Assembly: GCA_001949185.1 (NCBI GenBank)
Contig: BDGG01000004.1
Location: forward strand, 1,079,620-1,143,619
Direction: 5' to 3'
From: Ramazzottius varieornatus
Taxonomy: Eukaryota > Animalia > Tardigrada
Length of the DNA: 64,000 bases
The translations under genes and the position numbers were made by a program. Positions within the stretch are counted from its first letter, which is position 1. Every line of letters begins with the position of its first letter. A model generated the notes under the pieces. The model was not told the origin of the DNA. It was given only the letters and a program-made list of their open reading frames with translations, and did no database searches. Shown piece by piece: positions 1-14,500 of this stretch.

Positions 1-2386
1 AACCGCAGCCAGCTCGATTGGACAAGCTGATGTTCGAGATCAAGATCCGCGCTTCGTCCGATTCCAGCATCCGGTCTTCCTCGTTGATCGTTCCCAGCGG
101 CAGCTCAGTCTTGCTCAAACGGCTGCACCTCGACGCAACTCGTTTCATGCCACGAGGAGAGTGGAAAAAGATCCAGTACACGGTCGTCAACACGCCCAAA
201 CTGGGGACGCTCAACCTGGACAGTTCGAACATTCTGAAGGCTGGAAGCACTTTTACCCAGACAGACATCAACAAGGTACGACATCGCATCGCAGTAGTGC
301 CAATTGCAGAAGAATTCCTCACCATAGTCGAGGCGTTTGATATCATTTCAAGCCAGCAGACGTTTCCTGGCAGAACCAAACAAGAGCAAAATAGTTGTGC
401 CGCGAATTAGCTTGGAGAATAACTTGATGGTTCTTGCAGCACCGTCTGAATTACCAGCACTTCGGAAAGGACGGTCAGACAACCCGTGACACGATCGTTC
501 TGGACCTGTCCATGCCTCAACGCAAGCCTGTGCGCCTGACCGTTAACATCACCATCGCCACGTCCGACACGCATCTGAAAGTAACGGCACAAGATGCCGA
601 CGTGGTTTCTGGCGACAACCTGACACTCAGTCAAGATGTTTTACGCACTAACCAGGACAGCAACCCAGGCTTGGCCCTTCGATATCGCCTGTTTAAGGAT
701 GTTCGCGGTGGACAGTTTTTGCTGCGTGGCTCCGCCACTCGCGAGTTCTCGCAGCGTGACATCATTAGCAAGGCGGTCATGTTCTGTCATGATGGCGTCA
801 CAGATGATCCACGTACTATTGCTGTCCAGCTGGAGACCCTCTTGCCGCGAGATACCAACGCCAGCAGCGCCGTTTCCGAACTGCTGCTGTTGAACATCCA
901 TGTCATTCCTTTCTACTTCCGGCTGGACAACCAAGCTAACATGAGTCTTCTCCAAGGTAAAATTTACGGCAAAGTATATTTTCATTCTGAAACAAAAACT
1001 ACAATATACGTGAAAAAGGTTTATGGCACGGTACCAAACTTTTAGTACAATTATAAAGCTTGCAGATTTCAGTGGCAGATAGTAATCAACGACATTGCCT
1101 ACATAATCGTGATCATTTTCTACAGTGATTCTGATATTCGTTCAATTTTGCGTCTGTTCTGTCAGGTACTTTCGAGATGGCTCTGAATACTTCCGTAATA
1201 TCGATCGGCTCCAACGCTGATAAATCGCGTATCTCCTACCAAGTTCTCAAGGAGCCTCGATACGGTCATCTTCGATCGGCCAACACGTCTCGACCGGTGC
1301 CACTGAAAACCTTCACCCAAACCGATGTGGACAAGAGCCGAATTTTCTACCAGCAAACCGCGCTCGACCAGTGGGAAGACTCTTTCATGCTGCAGATCTC
1401 TTTAAAGAAAGGGCCCAACTTTATCACTTTACCCAACAAGACCCTTCACGTGACGTAAGTTCGGAACGTCACATTCCTCCAGCAACGCTAGTTGATGTGA
1501 TACTATAGTATCGTAGTTTCCAACTTTTCATCGTTGTAGGGTTGTTCCTTTGGCAAAGATGGAACCCATAACCGTAGCTGCAAGTCACGCTATCCCACTT
1601 TCTCTCTCCATGCTCGACGCTTCCGCCCTGAAAACTCATACAGGCCAAGAACCAACCTACCGCATCCTGAGCGGACCACTTTTCGGCTCTCTGATGTGGG
1701 CCAATCAGACCGACAGCTCTCAACCCGCGAACAAAAGCTTCACTACCGAGAAAGTCACCTGGTTCCGTCACGACGACATCGTCCACAAGCGTATCCTATA
1801 CAAAAGTCCAATGGACCTCCGCCTCTCTGCTCCAGGCGGAGACATCCATGACAGCATAGTCTTCCTCCTTACAGCCGGTCCTGAAGTTCAGACAGCCCGA
1901 GGAACCATCCAGATCAAAGTCAAGCAGCTCTTCCAAACTCCCACCAAGATAGCTACGAACGATACAGCGCTCATAGCAGGTATCGTCATCTCTGTTGTGA
2001 TAGCAGCTGCTACCGTCTTCGCTTTCCTGGTCGTGAAGTGCCGGAAGAAGGAACTACAACGACAGAAACGAGCTTCCATCGCTCAGCACGCACACCTCTC
2101 GCCTTTGTTCGGAGCAAAAGGACAGGCGATCGATTCGCCTGACTCGGACGGCTTCAAGAGCCAACAGAATGGAAGGAAGCGGATGCCGCCTGCCACGGTC
2201 CCTAGCTGTAAAGTCATACCCATTCGCCGAGCTGGGAAGAACTTCCGCGCGGCTGAAACGGAACTGCATCCACTGGATGCCTACAGGGAAGACTTGTACG
2301 GGACAGCGGCCCATAGTAATGGGTTCTTGCTCCCGCAAACTGACACGAGGACGCCGGTTCTCAGTAAGAACCAATACTGGGTCTGA
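1..2386 (+). CDS. CSPG4: Chondroitin sulfate proteoglycan 4 (NG2/Kon-tiki-like), 3' part, multi-exon
   Basis: Cadherin-like CSPG repeats (FTQTDIN, FSQRDII, FTQTDVDKSRIFY), a TM helix (ALIAGIVISVVIAAATVFAFLVV) and the C-terminal PDZ-binding motif QYWV typical of NG2. The 5' end lies outside the window. Confidence 0.9.
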
Positions 2387-4356
2387 ACTTGATTAGATGA
2401 ATCCTTGATCGAGAGGGAAAACTATTTAACGTGCCAAAGTTTTGTATTTTTAATTTTGATTTGAACAGTGAAGAGCGTTGATTTTTGCCCTCTGAGAACT
2501 GTTGATTTTGATTTTGTCTGAAACTGCCCTACTTGAAATACAGTACCTGATGATTACCGACAGAAAAAAATCTAACGAGATATCATTCAGTCGGAAATAT
2601 TTGGGCTTTTAGTAGGCTCAAAACTTGTTGATAGATACCAACGGACTGCAGGCGTTATCGCTGTTCGCAGCATTCACTGGTTGCACCGGAAGTCCAGGAA
2701 TGTGCTGACTGACTGGCGCAAACAGCTCAACTTCCACCGTGAGCGTTTCAGTAAAGGCCCATTATTTGACAACGAGTTAGGGCTTGCTCGTTGGTCGCAT
2801 TTCTGGGGCCAAAAGGATCAAGATGTACAATGCCTCTTTGCTCGGTTTACCACGTCTTGCGCCAAAAAACGAACCAGACCTTTGTACTCATACAGTGCAC
2901 AAATATGAAAACCTTGCGTGTAGATTTCACCATTGTCTGTTGGGATTTTCCACTCAGCGTAGCGGGACTTACAACCGGATGTTGTGCGGAGGTGAAAGCT
3001 GTGCTCTCCGGTATATGCAGGTACATGAGCTCTTGTTTTTTTCTTTGGCTGAATTGATACCAACAACACTATGTAGGCAGCGAGGAGGGTGGCTGAAGGC
3101 GGCTCGAACTTGTCACAACGAACTTTAGCGGTAGTAAAAAGCGCATATCATGTTGCTGCTCTGAAACACGTTATGCGTGACCTGCTGACGTTACAACTGA
3201 CGTTATCCACAAGGTTTACCTTTAGCACTACCGGCAAAACTTGTGGTCCACAATGGTCTATAGTCTTATTCTGCTGAGTCCGGAGCTCGGCCACTCCTCT
3301 GCAAGAGGGATTAGGGGGGAAAAGAGGCATAAAAAGGGTCATTCTTGCTGTCATATTGATGGTCACAGTTATCAGGTACAAGTTCTTGTTTTTCTCGTTT
3401 CACGAGCTCATCCAGAATGGTCAGTCGCATTTCTACCAGTGAGTTTGCCACAGTGCTGCCATTTTACTACGGATTTTCCTCACCTATTCCCGCAGCGGTA
3501 TCGGTGGAATGGCGTTCCATAAATTACGAGCCATTCTGGTTGCGAAACTCGACTTGGAACGCAGTAAAAGCGCGCTCGTCGACATATTTCTTTGGTAGGC
3601 GGATGCGCACACAAAGCAGGTGAATTTTCAAAACCTGTTCGATGCGGTGCGCTCAGAATATTACATCATATTAAGTTAGACCCACCCTTCGTTTACTGAT
3701 CGTCTTAGTCTTACGCTGGAAACAGGCGCGCAAAGTTCAGCGGCCAAGACTTCCAAATATTCAATGATGGGTAATCAGATGAGCACACGATTACATCCGC
3801 GAGCTATACCTGTCTGACGTCTGACCAATGCATTCAGGTATCAAGAACCAATGCCAGTGGATCAGGTCAGCCATTTCTCATAATAAACCGTCAAGTACCT
3901 TGGTACATACAACAGTACGCAACCGTGGCCTGTATGCATAAAACTACGCTGTTAAGAGCCGGCGACCCAGCACTGCCAACAGTACAGTTGAATTGACCAT
4001 AGAGTCCTCTACGCCCCGGTACTCCAATCAGCCATCAGATAGCGATCAGATTACGTTTAAAGTTAAGACATCAACGTGCTGAGCTCGCTCAGATTCGGCC
4101 AAGTGTGGTGACTTACTCAGCGTGAGCTGACCAGATCTGACTGACAAGTAAAGAGCCAGCTTAGGACTTTTTCCCCCATCCTTACTTTAGCTTGATCCAT
4201 TCATCTTTCAGGTACGCCACTTAGCCGCTCAAGCATCATTTGCTCATAGTTGTGGAACATCCTCGACTTACTCTCCCCGACTCATCTCATACCGTTGATT
4301 GAGGATTTGCCAGTGTCTCGGAGACTTTTCGTTCGAACGTCTGGCAAGGAAGTAAA

Positions 4357-6513
4357 ATGGAGTCTTCGTGGATTACCGTCTTTTTAGTGACTTTGTGGAC
4401 CTGGGAAGCTGTCAAGGCCTTGCCAACGGGAGCTCCATCAACTGCCTGTATTTCCATGTACCCTCAACATCCGGGTCCGAACGGCCCAGTTTCCGCACAG
4501 CCTTCCCTTGTGGTCCCTTTCAGGATCGACGTGGCAGCTGTGGACAATGGCCGACAATGTGAGTTTATTTCAACAAACAAATATTTCTGTCTTGTTCGAT
4601 CGTTCTTTGTTATCCTGCAAACGTAACTCTTCACCTTCCTAAACCATCAATGAAAATTAATATCACCATACGGCTCAAGTCACGTACCGGTAGTTGACTG
4701 ATAAAATTAGCGCTGAAATAAAATTTGGGAGACCGGCAAAATTTAATGATGTCATGATGATCGTTAAAACAGGAAATTTCCTGTTAGGCGGACACGCTGT
4801 GGAAGGTTCTTTTCTGATTTGACATGACATATTATCGTTTGTGTCTTGCCATGCATAGTTTCTCGTTATATAGACAAGATTAACGTCGTGAGGAACAGCA
4901 ATTTTCCCGGCCAGCCTCCGCTTCTTGGTTTCTTCATGCAAGTGCGCGATCCCGTTTCGGACACGCCTTTAGGCGAGTTCGTCCAACTGCCGCCGTACGC
5001 ACGCATCGGAGACTGCGGCGGAAACAGCACAGTCACCCACCAAAACCGCCAAGAAAAAGCGATCGACCAAGCCTTGGAATTTCTGTGGAGTCCCAACAAC
5101 CTGCCCTTGAACACCAAGAACCTTCAAGTCTTGTAAGTCTACTCCTATTTTCTAAAGTGGAATCTTTACGGAAACCGCTCGACTTTGCTCTAATTAGGAC
5201 AAGAATGTGAAGAGCCAAAGTCTGGTTTAAGTTGACCGTGCTCGACGCACTCGCTCAACTTGTTCTGCTGGCTCTCGATCTTACATCCTGTCCTCGACCA
5301 TTCAGCTAAACCATTTGACAGACAGACGTTACCTACTATTCATAGGGTTCTTCAGACCTTGTGGTGGCAGTGATGTGGCCAGTCACTATGACTAAATGCT
5401 CAGCTCCGCACAGTCACGCCTTTCTGGTTTAATTATAGTCGTAAATTCAGAGAAAGCCATCGGCAGAGACGTCTTTTGGGTGGCTAAAAATGGATGAAAC
5501 CCACAGTTGACAAGAAAGCGTAACAGATGTTTAGATTTGGAAACATGAGGAAATGCATCTTTGGTGTAGATCGTGCTGCAGGTAGTACGGTAGATAGGTA
5601 ACGCCACAGTTTCCATAAAAAAGAACACGACTAAATCTCAGGTTAGTCTTGCCGGAAACCTTGCTTCCGCGCAAGAAGGAGATCTCAGCCTTCAAATTTC
5701 CGCTGAATGTCGGAGAATGTTGCAGAGAAGCAAAACTGAAATTAACAGTCGAGCAGCTGAGTTGATTGTTGATTTACTTCCGCGTCCGCCAAGTCCGCGA
5801 CTTGATTTCCGCGCTTGATTGACTACACGGAGCTGCAGTTGGTTTTGACTGGTCACTGCTCATCGCTTTGTCTAATCTCACACAGAAATTGATGTCATTG
5901 TTGGAAACCGTACTTTGTGCTTCGTTTACGTTCATGAATTTTCTCTATTTTCAGAGGGACGTTCGTGCAGAACATGCAGACCTTCTGGGTGAAGGTGCCT
6001 TCGCAGATTTTCACCGTCACTGTGCCAGCAGCTCACGCCACCAATGCCAACTTGCAAGAAGCTCCGGCCGTTATTCAAGTGGACAACAATGCTAGCCCAA
6101 GTCCTTCAGCGATCAACAACGTCAACCTCAACAGCCCAGGTACGTTGTAGTTCTTGTGCTCAAACGGATACGGCTCTCCTTGGCCTGCTTTGTCCAACAG
6201 ACTCTCAGCATGCATAACGTCAACAGCAAGGCCTGGCACTTGATGTTCTGCTGAGCTTGACAGTCTAACAAACTCTCGGATGACTTTTACAGTGACTTCA
6301 CCCAATGATCGTCGGCCGGGGTTCGGTAACTCTGCGTTGGCCGGTAGTGGACTGGTCACTGCCAACGATGGCACCCAACAATCGTCGTTGAATGCCCAAG
6401 CTCAAGACCCCAACGCCTCACGCCCAAACTACCGAGTGGTCAATTCAGCAACGTCAGCCGTCTCCTTCCTCCTTTCCACCATTCTTTTCAGTAGCGTGGC
6501 TTTACTATTGTAA
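4357..6513 (+). CDS. Secreted reeler-domain protein (defense protein/FRRS1-like reeler), possibly GPI-anchored, multi-exon
   Basis: Signal peptide, then PTGAPSTACISMYPQH, GFFMQVR, STVTHQN and LEFLWSP reeler motifs. Hydrophobic C-terminal tail (SATSAVSFLLSTILFSSVALLL). Confidence 0.8.
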
Positions 6514-7327
6514 GCTGAATGTGTATTTTAGGTTTTAGTAATTAAGTTACCTGAGTTTTTCTATTCAAGTTTCAAAACTTTTTTCCTCTCAGTTTGCCAC
6601 AACAGTTTTGCAAGATAAGTCACCAAGTGCACAATTTGCCAGATCAGTTTTGTAGTTCGTGAGAGAAAGTCTAAGAGTTTTCGTCCATACTCTACTTCAA
6701 ATTTTGATCTTTGCCATGTTGGCCGATAGAGCAAGCCGAGCGTGTCTATGCCGGATACTCTTTTCTAAAACAAACAATTAATCGCTATTTTGAACGGTTG
6801 AGTGACTTTTACCTCTGTTGTACAGTTCGAAGTGTCGAGATTAAATTTTGACAATAAGTTCGTTCCTTATTTACACGTTACAGCATCTATTTTCTCTTGT
6901 TCGCAAACAGTCATTAGCATACGAAAAATCACGATGAATATTACGACGAGCTAACTCATGAGGATTCAGCGAACCTCTGAGGTGCGTGCGATGAAATACA
7001 GTCGTCCACGCGAAAGCATGCACGGACTTTTGAGTACCCGTATGCGTTGTTAGTAAGGTAAGTTTTAGCTCTGACAAAGACTCGACTCTTACGGTACCAC
7101 CTGTTGCCGCGCTTCAGCAGCGATCCTTTGTTTCTGCGGCACTTGGTCATCTGTAATTTGCACTCACGTTCATCGAGAGTTCCATCACGACACGGCCACT
7201 TGAACCTCAGAAGTGAGGCTCATCTGTCCATGAGCAGCACGCCGAAGCCAGATTTAGACCTTAAGTAATGGGTCAACATCAGATCAGTCAGCAAATTCAT
7301 CGAATTTTTTCAGTAGTGCTAAGGAAT

Positions 7328-9369
7328 TCATTGTGCAGGTTTGAGAGATTCTAGCGTTTTTGAACAGCGCAGCTGCGAGACTATGTCTAGCAAAAACTGC
7401 GTTACCGTCACATCTTTCTCGGACTTCTTCACTTCGAAAACTATCACGATGTAAAACCGGGGTTCAATTTGAGCGGCAAAGTATGTCCTATCCATAGCCT
7501 ACAAACAGAAAGCTATCATCCATTTTCGTTCTTTATGGAATCCAGTTCGAGGGTCAGTTCAAGGGTAAGAATCATTGGTTCTTACTCTGTCAGAAACTGT
7601 AACGATGTTGTCGGGCTCGGCTAGACGCCGCGACTCTTCCGCCAGAGTCATGACGATGGGTGCCCAATGTTTAGCCGGCTTCTCCTACGAAACAAATGAA
7701 CCATTTCTGGTAAGCTTTGATGATTTTCTGCACGAAAGTAAAACTCACTGGTGGATAGCAGAACAGGAGAGGGTAACCTGAAGAGAAACGGATAATAAGA
7801 AGCCTGATGGACTGTACTGCACCTGTACCTATTGTGCTGTCCTGTACCTACTGTTGAGGCCAGATGGAGCTTCTGGCTGATGCCCAGGTAGTTGGTAACC
7901 TGCTCCTCGGTAGTCCATGCCGTTTGTATCCAGAACAACACAAACACTATGTGCGTCGCTTTTCCGTTGAAACTGTAGGATTCTACAAGCACACTATCAG
8001 ATAAAGAAAGAGCAGATACTACTTCGTCACGCTATTTACTTCTGGTGGTAGTCCGGCACCGTTTTTGTCATCAGGTTTCGCAAATCTGGTAGAGTCGTCT
8101 GCTTGCTCAGGACATCGTGAAAATACAGGCTGAACTGCAACAGCGAGAACTTGATCCCATTCGATTTGAAAGTATCATACATGGGATAAGAATATACCTT
8201 TGCTAGCAGGGCCGTTTGGTACTTGGAGAACCATGTCAACAGCGCCGGCCAAGTCGTCGTTTTCGTCGGCGATGTGCGATAGCCAGGAAGCTGCGCCGGC
8301 CTTTCTTCCGCTTGCTGGATGCTAGTCCACATCTGTAGACGGCGATGAGCATGCGTCAGATGGACCAAGGAAGCCATAAAGTTCCAGTCGAGCATGCGCA
8401 ACTGGGCACTGATGAGATGCTTTAGTACTTCCGTCTCGAGCCTCATCCATAAAATTAACCATAAAACCATTTTCTTCATAATTGAAGTTGCCAAACATGG
8501 ATCGGAACTTACGAAAAACTACTTTCCAGCGGACTAAGAGCCGGATGGTGGAATTCTTTGCCATAAGTGGTCATCACTTGCTCGATCTTGGTTAGTAAAC
8601 TCCCATACTGCCCCACCCGATTCAGGCCCATCTCGTGCAATTGCTCGTATCTGGAAGAAACAAGGCTATCAAGACTCCGAAGAGAAAGAATAAACAAACG
8701 TTATGCATCACATTTCGATCATGTCAAGACGAGCTGTCGTGAAGTGACTGAGCTGTTCGCTAAGGTGCACAACGACAGCACTAGGGATCTGCCCAGCAGG
8801 ACCGGAAGTGGGTATGGACGATGTGGAAGGAGTCGGCGAAGGGGCTGTAAACGAGAACCCACTGGAAGACTCTGTTCCTAGGGTATCCGGAGTACGGTAC
8901 AGAATCTCCAAACGTCGATCCAAGTCTTGCTTGATCTGCCCGTACATGCCTTGTAAGGGAATCTGGAAGGATGGAGAAAAGTTTTAATCACATTGCATCG
9001 ATCGTAGCAAGAGAATAACACTCGACTACAACAAACCTGCTTACGCGAGCGTCTTTTCGCCTGAAAGCTTTAGGGTTGTTCGGCGTTTGAGTAAGGAAAG
9101 ACAAGCTGAAGTACATCTTTTCTGCTGCGCTTAATTGTCCCAATGATGCCATCAGCTGGCTTAATGCGAGCACCGAGCCTTGTGGATTCTTCCCGGCAGC
9201 TTTCTCCTCCTTTTCCTAATGCAATCACGGTTATCTTCTGTGCAGACGTAACGAAAGCTGCTCTTCGACTTGGAATACGACTCACCGAGATCTCCTTTGC
9301 CCGATCAAAAGAGCAGCGACCGATACAGTAGAACACATACTCCAGTACTCCCGTGTCGCCCGACATCAT
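7328..9369 (-). CDS. KICS2: KICSTOR subunit 2 (C12orf66 homolog), multi-exon
   Basis: Spliced exons give AEKMYFSLSF, ARLDMIEMYEQL, FSLYFHDVLSKQTT and a final exon TYFAAQIEPRFYIVIVFEVKKSEKD...LESLKPAQ*, matching the recalled C12orf66 family sequence. Confidence 0.85.
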
Positions 9370-9791
9370 GTCGTCCCAATAAGCGCTTACCGGTGCAGAG
9401 TATCAATCCTGTCGAGACACGCCATGCGTTGAATTCGTGCGAATGAACTCAGGGGACAGAGTGACGCTATACCAAGATGAACGGCTTAGTTAAATCAGAG
9501 TGGTTAAATTTTCTTTAAAAAACAGTCTGAGAAAAGTTCAAAAAACACCACAACAAAGCGTTTTTCTGAATTCTGATAAGTGATAACCGAGATTGCGGAA
9601 TGCGCCACTGTAAAAGTGTATGACAAAAGAGGCTGAACAATCAATCAGTCCCTGGACACCGGTTCATAATGACCTCAACATTAGAGAGGTTTATCAGGAA
9701 TTTGGTTAGCGCTACTTGCCCCAAGTTACCTCACCTGATGTCTCGTCTCAGTTCCAGAAGCCGACGTTGATTTCGAGCAGGATCAGCAAGA

Positions 9792-11060
9792 ATGGAAAGC
9801 GGACAAGGAACATGGGAGCTGATTGGAGAAATCAGCGTCGATCGAGTCGAGGCGATTCCCATACAGGATTTCAAGATGAACGATGCGCCATCAACAACAG
9901 CACCAACTATTGTAGACTTCTTGCTCTGTCCAACGTGTCCATCTCGCTTTCAGCTGGAAAACGAGCTCCTCAACCACATTCAGAGCGAGCATGCAAAGCT
10001 TGTTATCAAAGAAGATCTTGAAGTTGACACCGACGACGGCAGTAATCCTCTCAAACGACTCAAATCCATGCACATTCCACTGACCATTCTGACGGTAAGG
10101 TTGTGGTACTCGACAGACTTGGGTCTTGGGTGCTGTTAAAGTGCTTTATCTTGATTCTTCTGATGCTCCTGCGTTGTAGGAGGATACGGTCATGTCACAG
10201 CTCGAAGTTGCGAAACAAGATGAACAGGTCAAAACGAAACCGAGTTCGGAGGAAGATGGGAACAGCCAGACAGGAGAAGAGGACCACGAAATGGCCACGA
10301 ACGATTCAGCCTCTGTCGACGAAGAGGAAGTACAAGGGAAGAGCACATCGAAGACGAATGAACAGCAGCAACTCAAAAGCATGCCAGAGCATGTAAAGTG
10401 TCTAGTATCCGACGAGGGGGTAACGTCTTTCGTGTGCGCGCACTGCGGCTACTGCACTTCCGACGAAGCGACTATGTTGCTCCAGCACACCCCGTATCAT
10501 CTAACTAAAGATGCTCACAGTTGCCATTCCTGTTCGTTTTCGGCTCGAGCGCCGGAAGTGGTGGTGTCGCATATCGCAGAAGTACATTCTGTGCAGGCTC
10601 ACGCTCGTTGGGTGGAACAATCTTGCCACAAGTGTCGCCATTGTCCATTCCGATCAGCTTTCGCGCAGGATCTGTCAAAGCATTTGCTTAATCACGCTGA
10701 CACTTTTCGCTACCATTGTTCCCTATGCTCGTTCTGTGCACAAGACCAGAAATCAGGTGAGCCAAAACCGTCAACACTCACTTCAATCCAAAGTCCCAAG
10801 CCTATTTATCCCTTCTTATGTTATTTGCAGTGGTACAGCACGAAGGTTCGCATTTCGTGAAACAACTTCCTCCTTTCCAAGGTATCGTTCGACCTACTCG
10901 AAAGTACCAGAAGCCGGGTGATAAGACACCATTCTTTCTAGCTAGCGATATTGTAGCGTATCGGCCGGTAAGTAAACGTCCACCCTTGACTGAACAGCAA
11001 AAGTCGGACCTCCGACAGTCGCTTTCGAAAGCCGGATTGAATTCCGCGCTTGTTCCTTAG
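9792..11060 (+). CDS. C2H2 zinc-finger protein (about 5 fingers), multi-exon
   Basis: CPTC..HIQSEH, CAHC..HTPYH, CHSC..HIAEVH, CRHC..HLLNH and CSLC..(intron)..HEGSH, with an acidic linker. Confidence 0.75.
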
Positions 11061-11550
11061 CTCATTTGAATTCATAGGTCTTTCTCTTCACTTTTTCGTA
11101 CCAAAGAACTCTTTCTGTCTTCCTGTCAAGAATTTCCTGGCTTGACTGAATTATCTAGAAGTTTTCCGTTCTAAACATGCCTGCAAACGCCCCGAGATAA
11201 TTTCATATTTTATGGAATGCAATCTGTTGTAAAACTATCACCGTTCAGATTACAAGCAGAGCTTGGGTGCTCTGCATCACAAAGACATCACAAAAACAAC
11301 AACACTTGGCAAAATGTAAATAAAACTGTGTGAAGGAAATAAAACAGTTCAAAATCGCGGATTAAACCCTTACACACATAATCTCGGACGCATGGAATCA
11401 TAAAGCTAATCAACCAGTAAAACATAAAGTGAGGTATTCCGTAATCATATTAACATGCAAGAACAAACTTTGTGACGAGGATCACAAACTATCACAATAT
11501 TCAAGACACAAAAGATATTAGCTGCCCTATGTCACAACCTTACTCTTCCT

Positions 11551-14500
11551 TCAGATCGTCTGCACGATGTAGTCCGAAGGGTGCAATGAACGAATCTTGA
11601 AGAAGCCATCTGCACCGCAGCTGAAGAGTCGATTATGATCATCGACATCCAGCTGCATAACTCCGCTCGAGGAACTGCGGAAGAAGGACTGCTTGCTGCT
11701 GTGCTCGTCCGGCAGGGACAGTAGGCACCCGTGCATATTCAGTCCCCATACTTTGATGTCGCCTTCAGCAGACCCCGTTACAAAAAACTCTTGCGTGGGA
11801 TCCAGAGCGATGGCGCGGATGGCTGAATCGTGCGCCTGAAACTTGTGTCTAAAGAACGATGACGATTATAAACTTCGGTATTTCCGCAGTAAGGTCATTA
11901 CTTCCAACAATTTATCTCTCACACACCTGCATACACGACCCATGTATAACTGTACGGGTGCGTGCACCCAGGTGAGCGGTATGTTTGTGGTTTCTTGCAG
12001 AGTCTCTCACACAGCTGCATACATACTTTTGCAGTTAGACAGCAGCCACATGTATGCAGGTGCATAAAAACCCTGAAGTGGTTCGTGTGCCGAAGTTATT
12101 GCTTCTTAGGTCTTACCGGAGTTGCCTTTGGCGAATGTCGAAGAGACATACATCTCCGCGTTTGCCACAAGTGATCAGCATGTTATGCTGGGAGGCGTAA
12201 ACCAATGCTGGAGAACCTGTGTCGTGGCAAACGAAAGACGCCACCAAAGCCTTCCTCGGTGGTAGAAGAGTGTCCCACAGCGCCACGTTCCGGCTTTCGG
12301 AGTTCAGACCAGCAGTGGCGATCAGACTGGACGACCCAACGAACGTGAAAGCCGAGCAGGTTTTGTTGTGGCAGTTGAGAGAGATGTATGGTGCAGCGTT
12401 ACCGGAAGCGGTAGCCAGCTGCCAGAAGCTGACGACACCATCGGCATCACAGGCGGCGAACTTGTTACCCTGACTGCTGAACTCCAGGTGGTTGATGCGA
12501 GCTAGGTTGGCCGTGGGTCGAAGGATGGTCAGCTCTTTAGGATGGCCGAACTCCCAGAGGCGGACGATACCGTCGACGGCCCCGCTAAGGTAATATGGTA
12601 GCATGGGATGAGGGGCTAGACGACGAACTTCCTTAATGGGACGCTTTGTCGTCTGTTGAAAGACAAGCCATCAGCAAACCGGAATTCAATTTCATGTGGT
12701 TATTTCATGCGTCACACATAGGGTTATTTCATGCGTCACACGCAGGCAGGGGAGAAAGCCACAATTTCGAACAGTGCATCAAGAACTATTTCAATATCAG
12801 GCTCAACCGGAAGTGATGTTAGTTACGCCACAACAAACACACCATGCGCCAACTGTACCTTGCGCATCATATAGGCACTACGTCCCACGACATAGTTTGC
12901 ATAGTGAGGGTTAGAGAAACCGGGAGAATTGAAGGCCTTCAGCTACGAGAAAGAACAGAGCACCATCTGTAGAGATCTGGACAGGACCGACCGTAGACCC
13001 TCCACCATCAAAGGCCAAGCCTCCGAACAGCTCGAAACACGGATATACAACCCGATACCGGCGGTTCAACAGTAAAACCCACAGCGAACGAATGAAACCA
13101 GTAGGAAGTAAACACCAATCTAAGCAAGAAAGGGTACGTACCACATAAGTCCCTCGTGTAGAGACTTGATAGTGAGCGGTGATGGGAGATGCCGACATGC
13201 GCGAATGAGCATCTAGCGGGGCTCTATCGGATGGCGTTTGTAATACCAGGAACTCTGGATCTAGCTTTTCCACACCCTATGAACAACCAATGCACGGTTA
13301 CGCAGTACAAGAATTGAGACCAAATTATGGCTGAAGTTACCTGGTTCTTCATGGTCAGCATGTTGAACTGCGCTTCATCTTCCAACCAGTCTTCCGGTTC
13401 CAATAAGCCAGAGATGGAAATTTCCTGGATATCTTTCGACGTGCTCAGCACCAGCATACGTGGGTTAGCTCTGTTGACGGCGAAGGCCGTAACGATGTCT
13501 TGGTCCTTGTGTACGATACGAATGGCTTCCCTGTTAACCGCGGACGAGCTGTACTGACCATCTTCCACGGCACTGAACTCGGAGATGGTGTCCAGCGAAG
13601 CGATCGTTGGGCGTTTCCGCTTGAACATGTACTTGACAAACGTTTCTTGCAGATACTCTTGGTGGATCAGGTAACACCACAGCCGCTTGACGGGCAGGGC
13701 GGAAGGCTGATCCGACTGGAAAGGCGTGTTGTCCGGCTGCAGGAGAACGCCATAGGGATTCTTCTTGTTAGTGGCCTCATCATGTCCACTGTAGGTTGAG
13801 GGAACGTAATGCTCAGGAGCGCTCTCGAAAAGATCCATCGCATGCTGCGCTCCATCTGAAAAGACGTCCAGGGTCAATCCGAAAAATCGGAAAAATTTAG
13901 AGATATTTGGGAACTCGGCAAACTAACACGACAAGAACGTTTCTTCAGGTGACGCACCCTTTCAGCCAGAAACACAGAGAAGTGCGCCACTTGAAAAAAT
14001 AATCTTGTCGAGCTTGTTTAAGTGTAATTTTTTATGAATTTGTTTCGAAATCCACTTTGAAAGATTTTGCAAGACATTGTGCATACTTTGCCAGTTGTCC
14101 AGTGTTTTCAGTGTGAGATGTAACGCGGGTGAAGCCACTGGTAGATCTTGGGTGTCCAACGAAACCGTGGTCAGAATCTGCTGGACTACTCGTGTAGCGG
14201 CTTTGATGACGACCAAGCGGAGAAGTGCCCAGCTGTACGACTGACTATCGCTGTGCTGTCGTGCGCCACTCCGTGTCACCTCGTCCTCGATCTCGGTTAT
14301 GCTTCTCTCATCGTCCAAGCCATTCTCGTCTTCATCGGCAGACAGGGACTCCTCCGAGTCATAGTCAACGAAGGGCGGATCGGCCAGTCTGTCTACAACT
14401 GGCTTTGTCATCAAAACACGGACCATGCTACTCTCTGGCGGGACGAATACTTCTCGGTACATGCTGGCACTAGCAGGTCCAGAGTCTGGTTGGGAAGTTG

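Noticed and set aside
2400-4350. Short ORFs between CSPG4 and the reeler gene
   Set aside because: They overlap on both strands with no motifs, consistent with UTR or promoter sequence.
6871-7270. Possible small minus-strand gene downstream of KICS2
   Set aside because: Splice-like signals are present but give no consistent reading frame or recognisable product.
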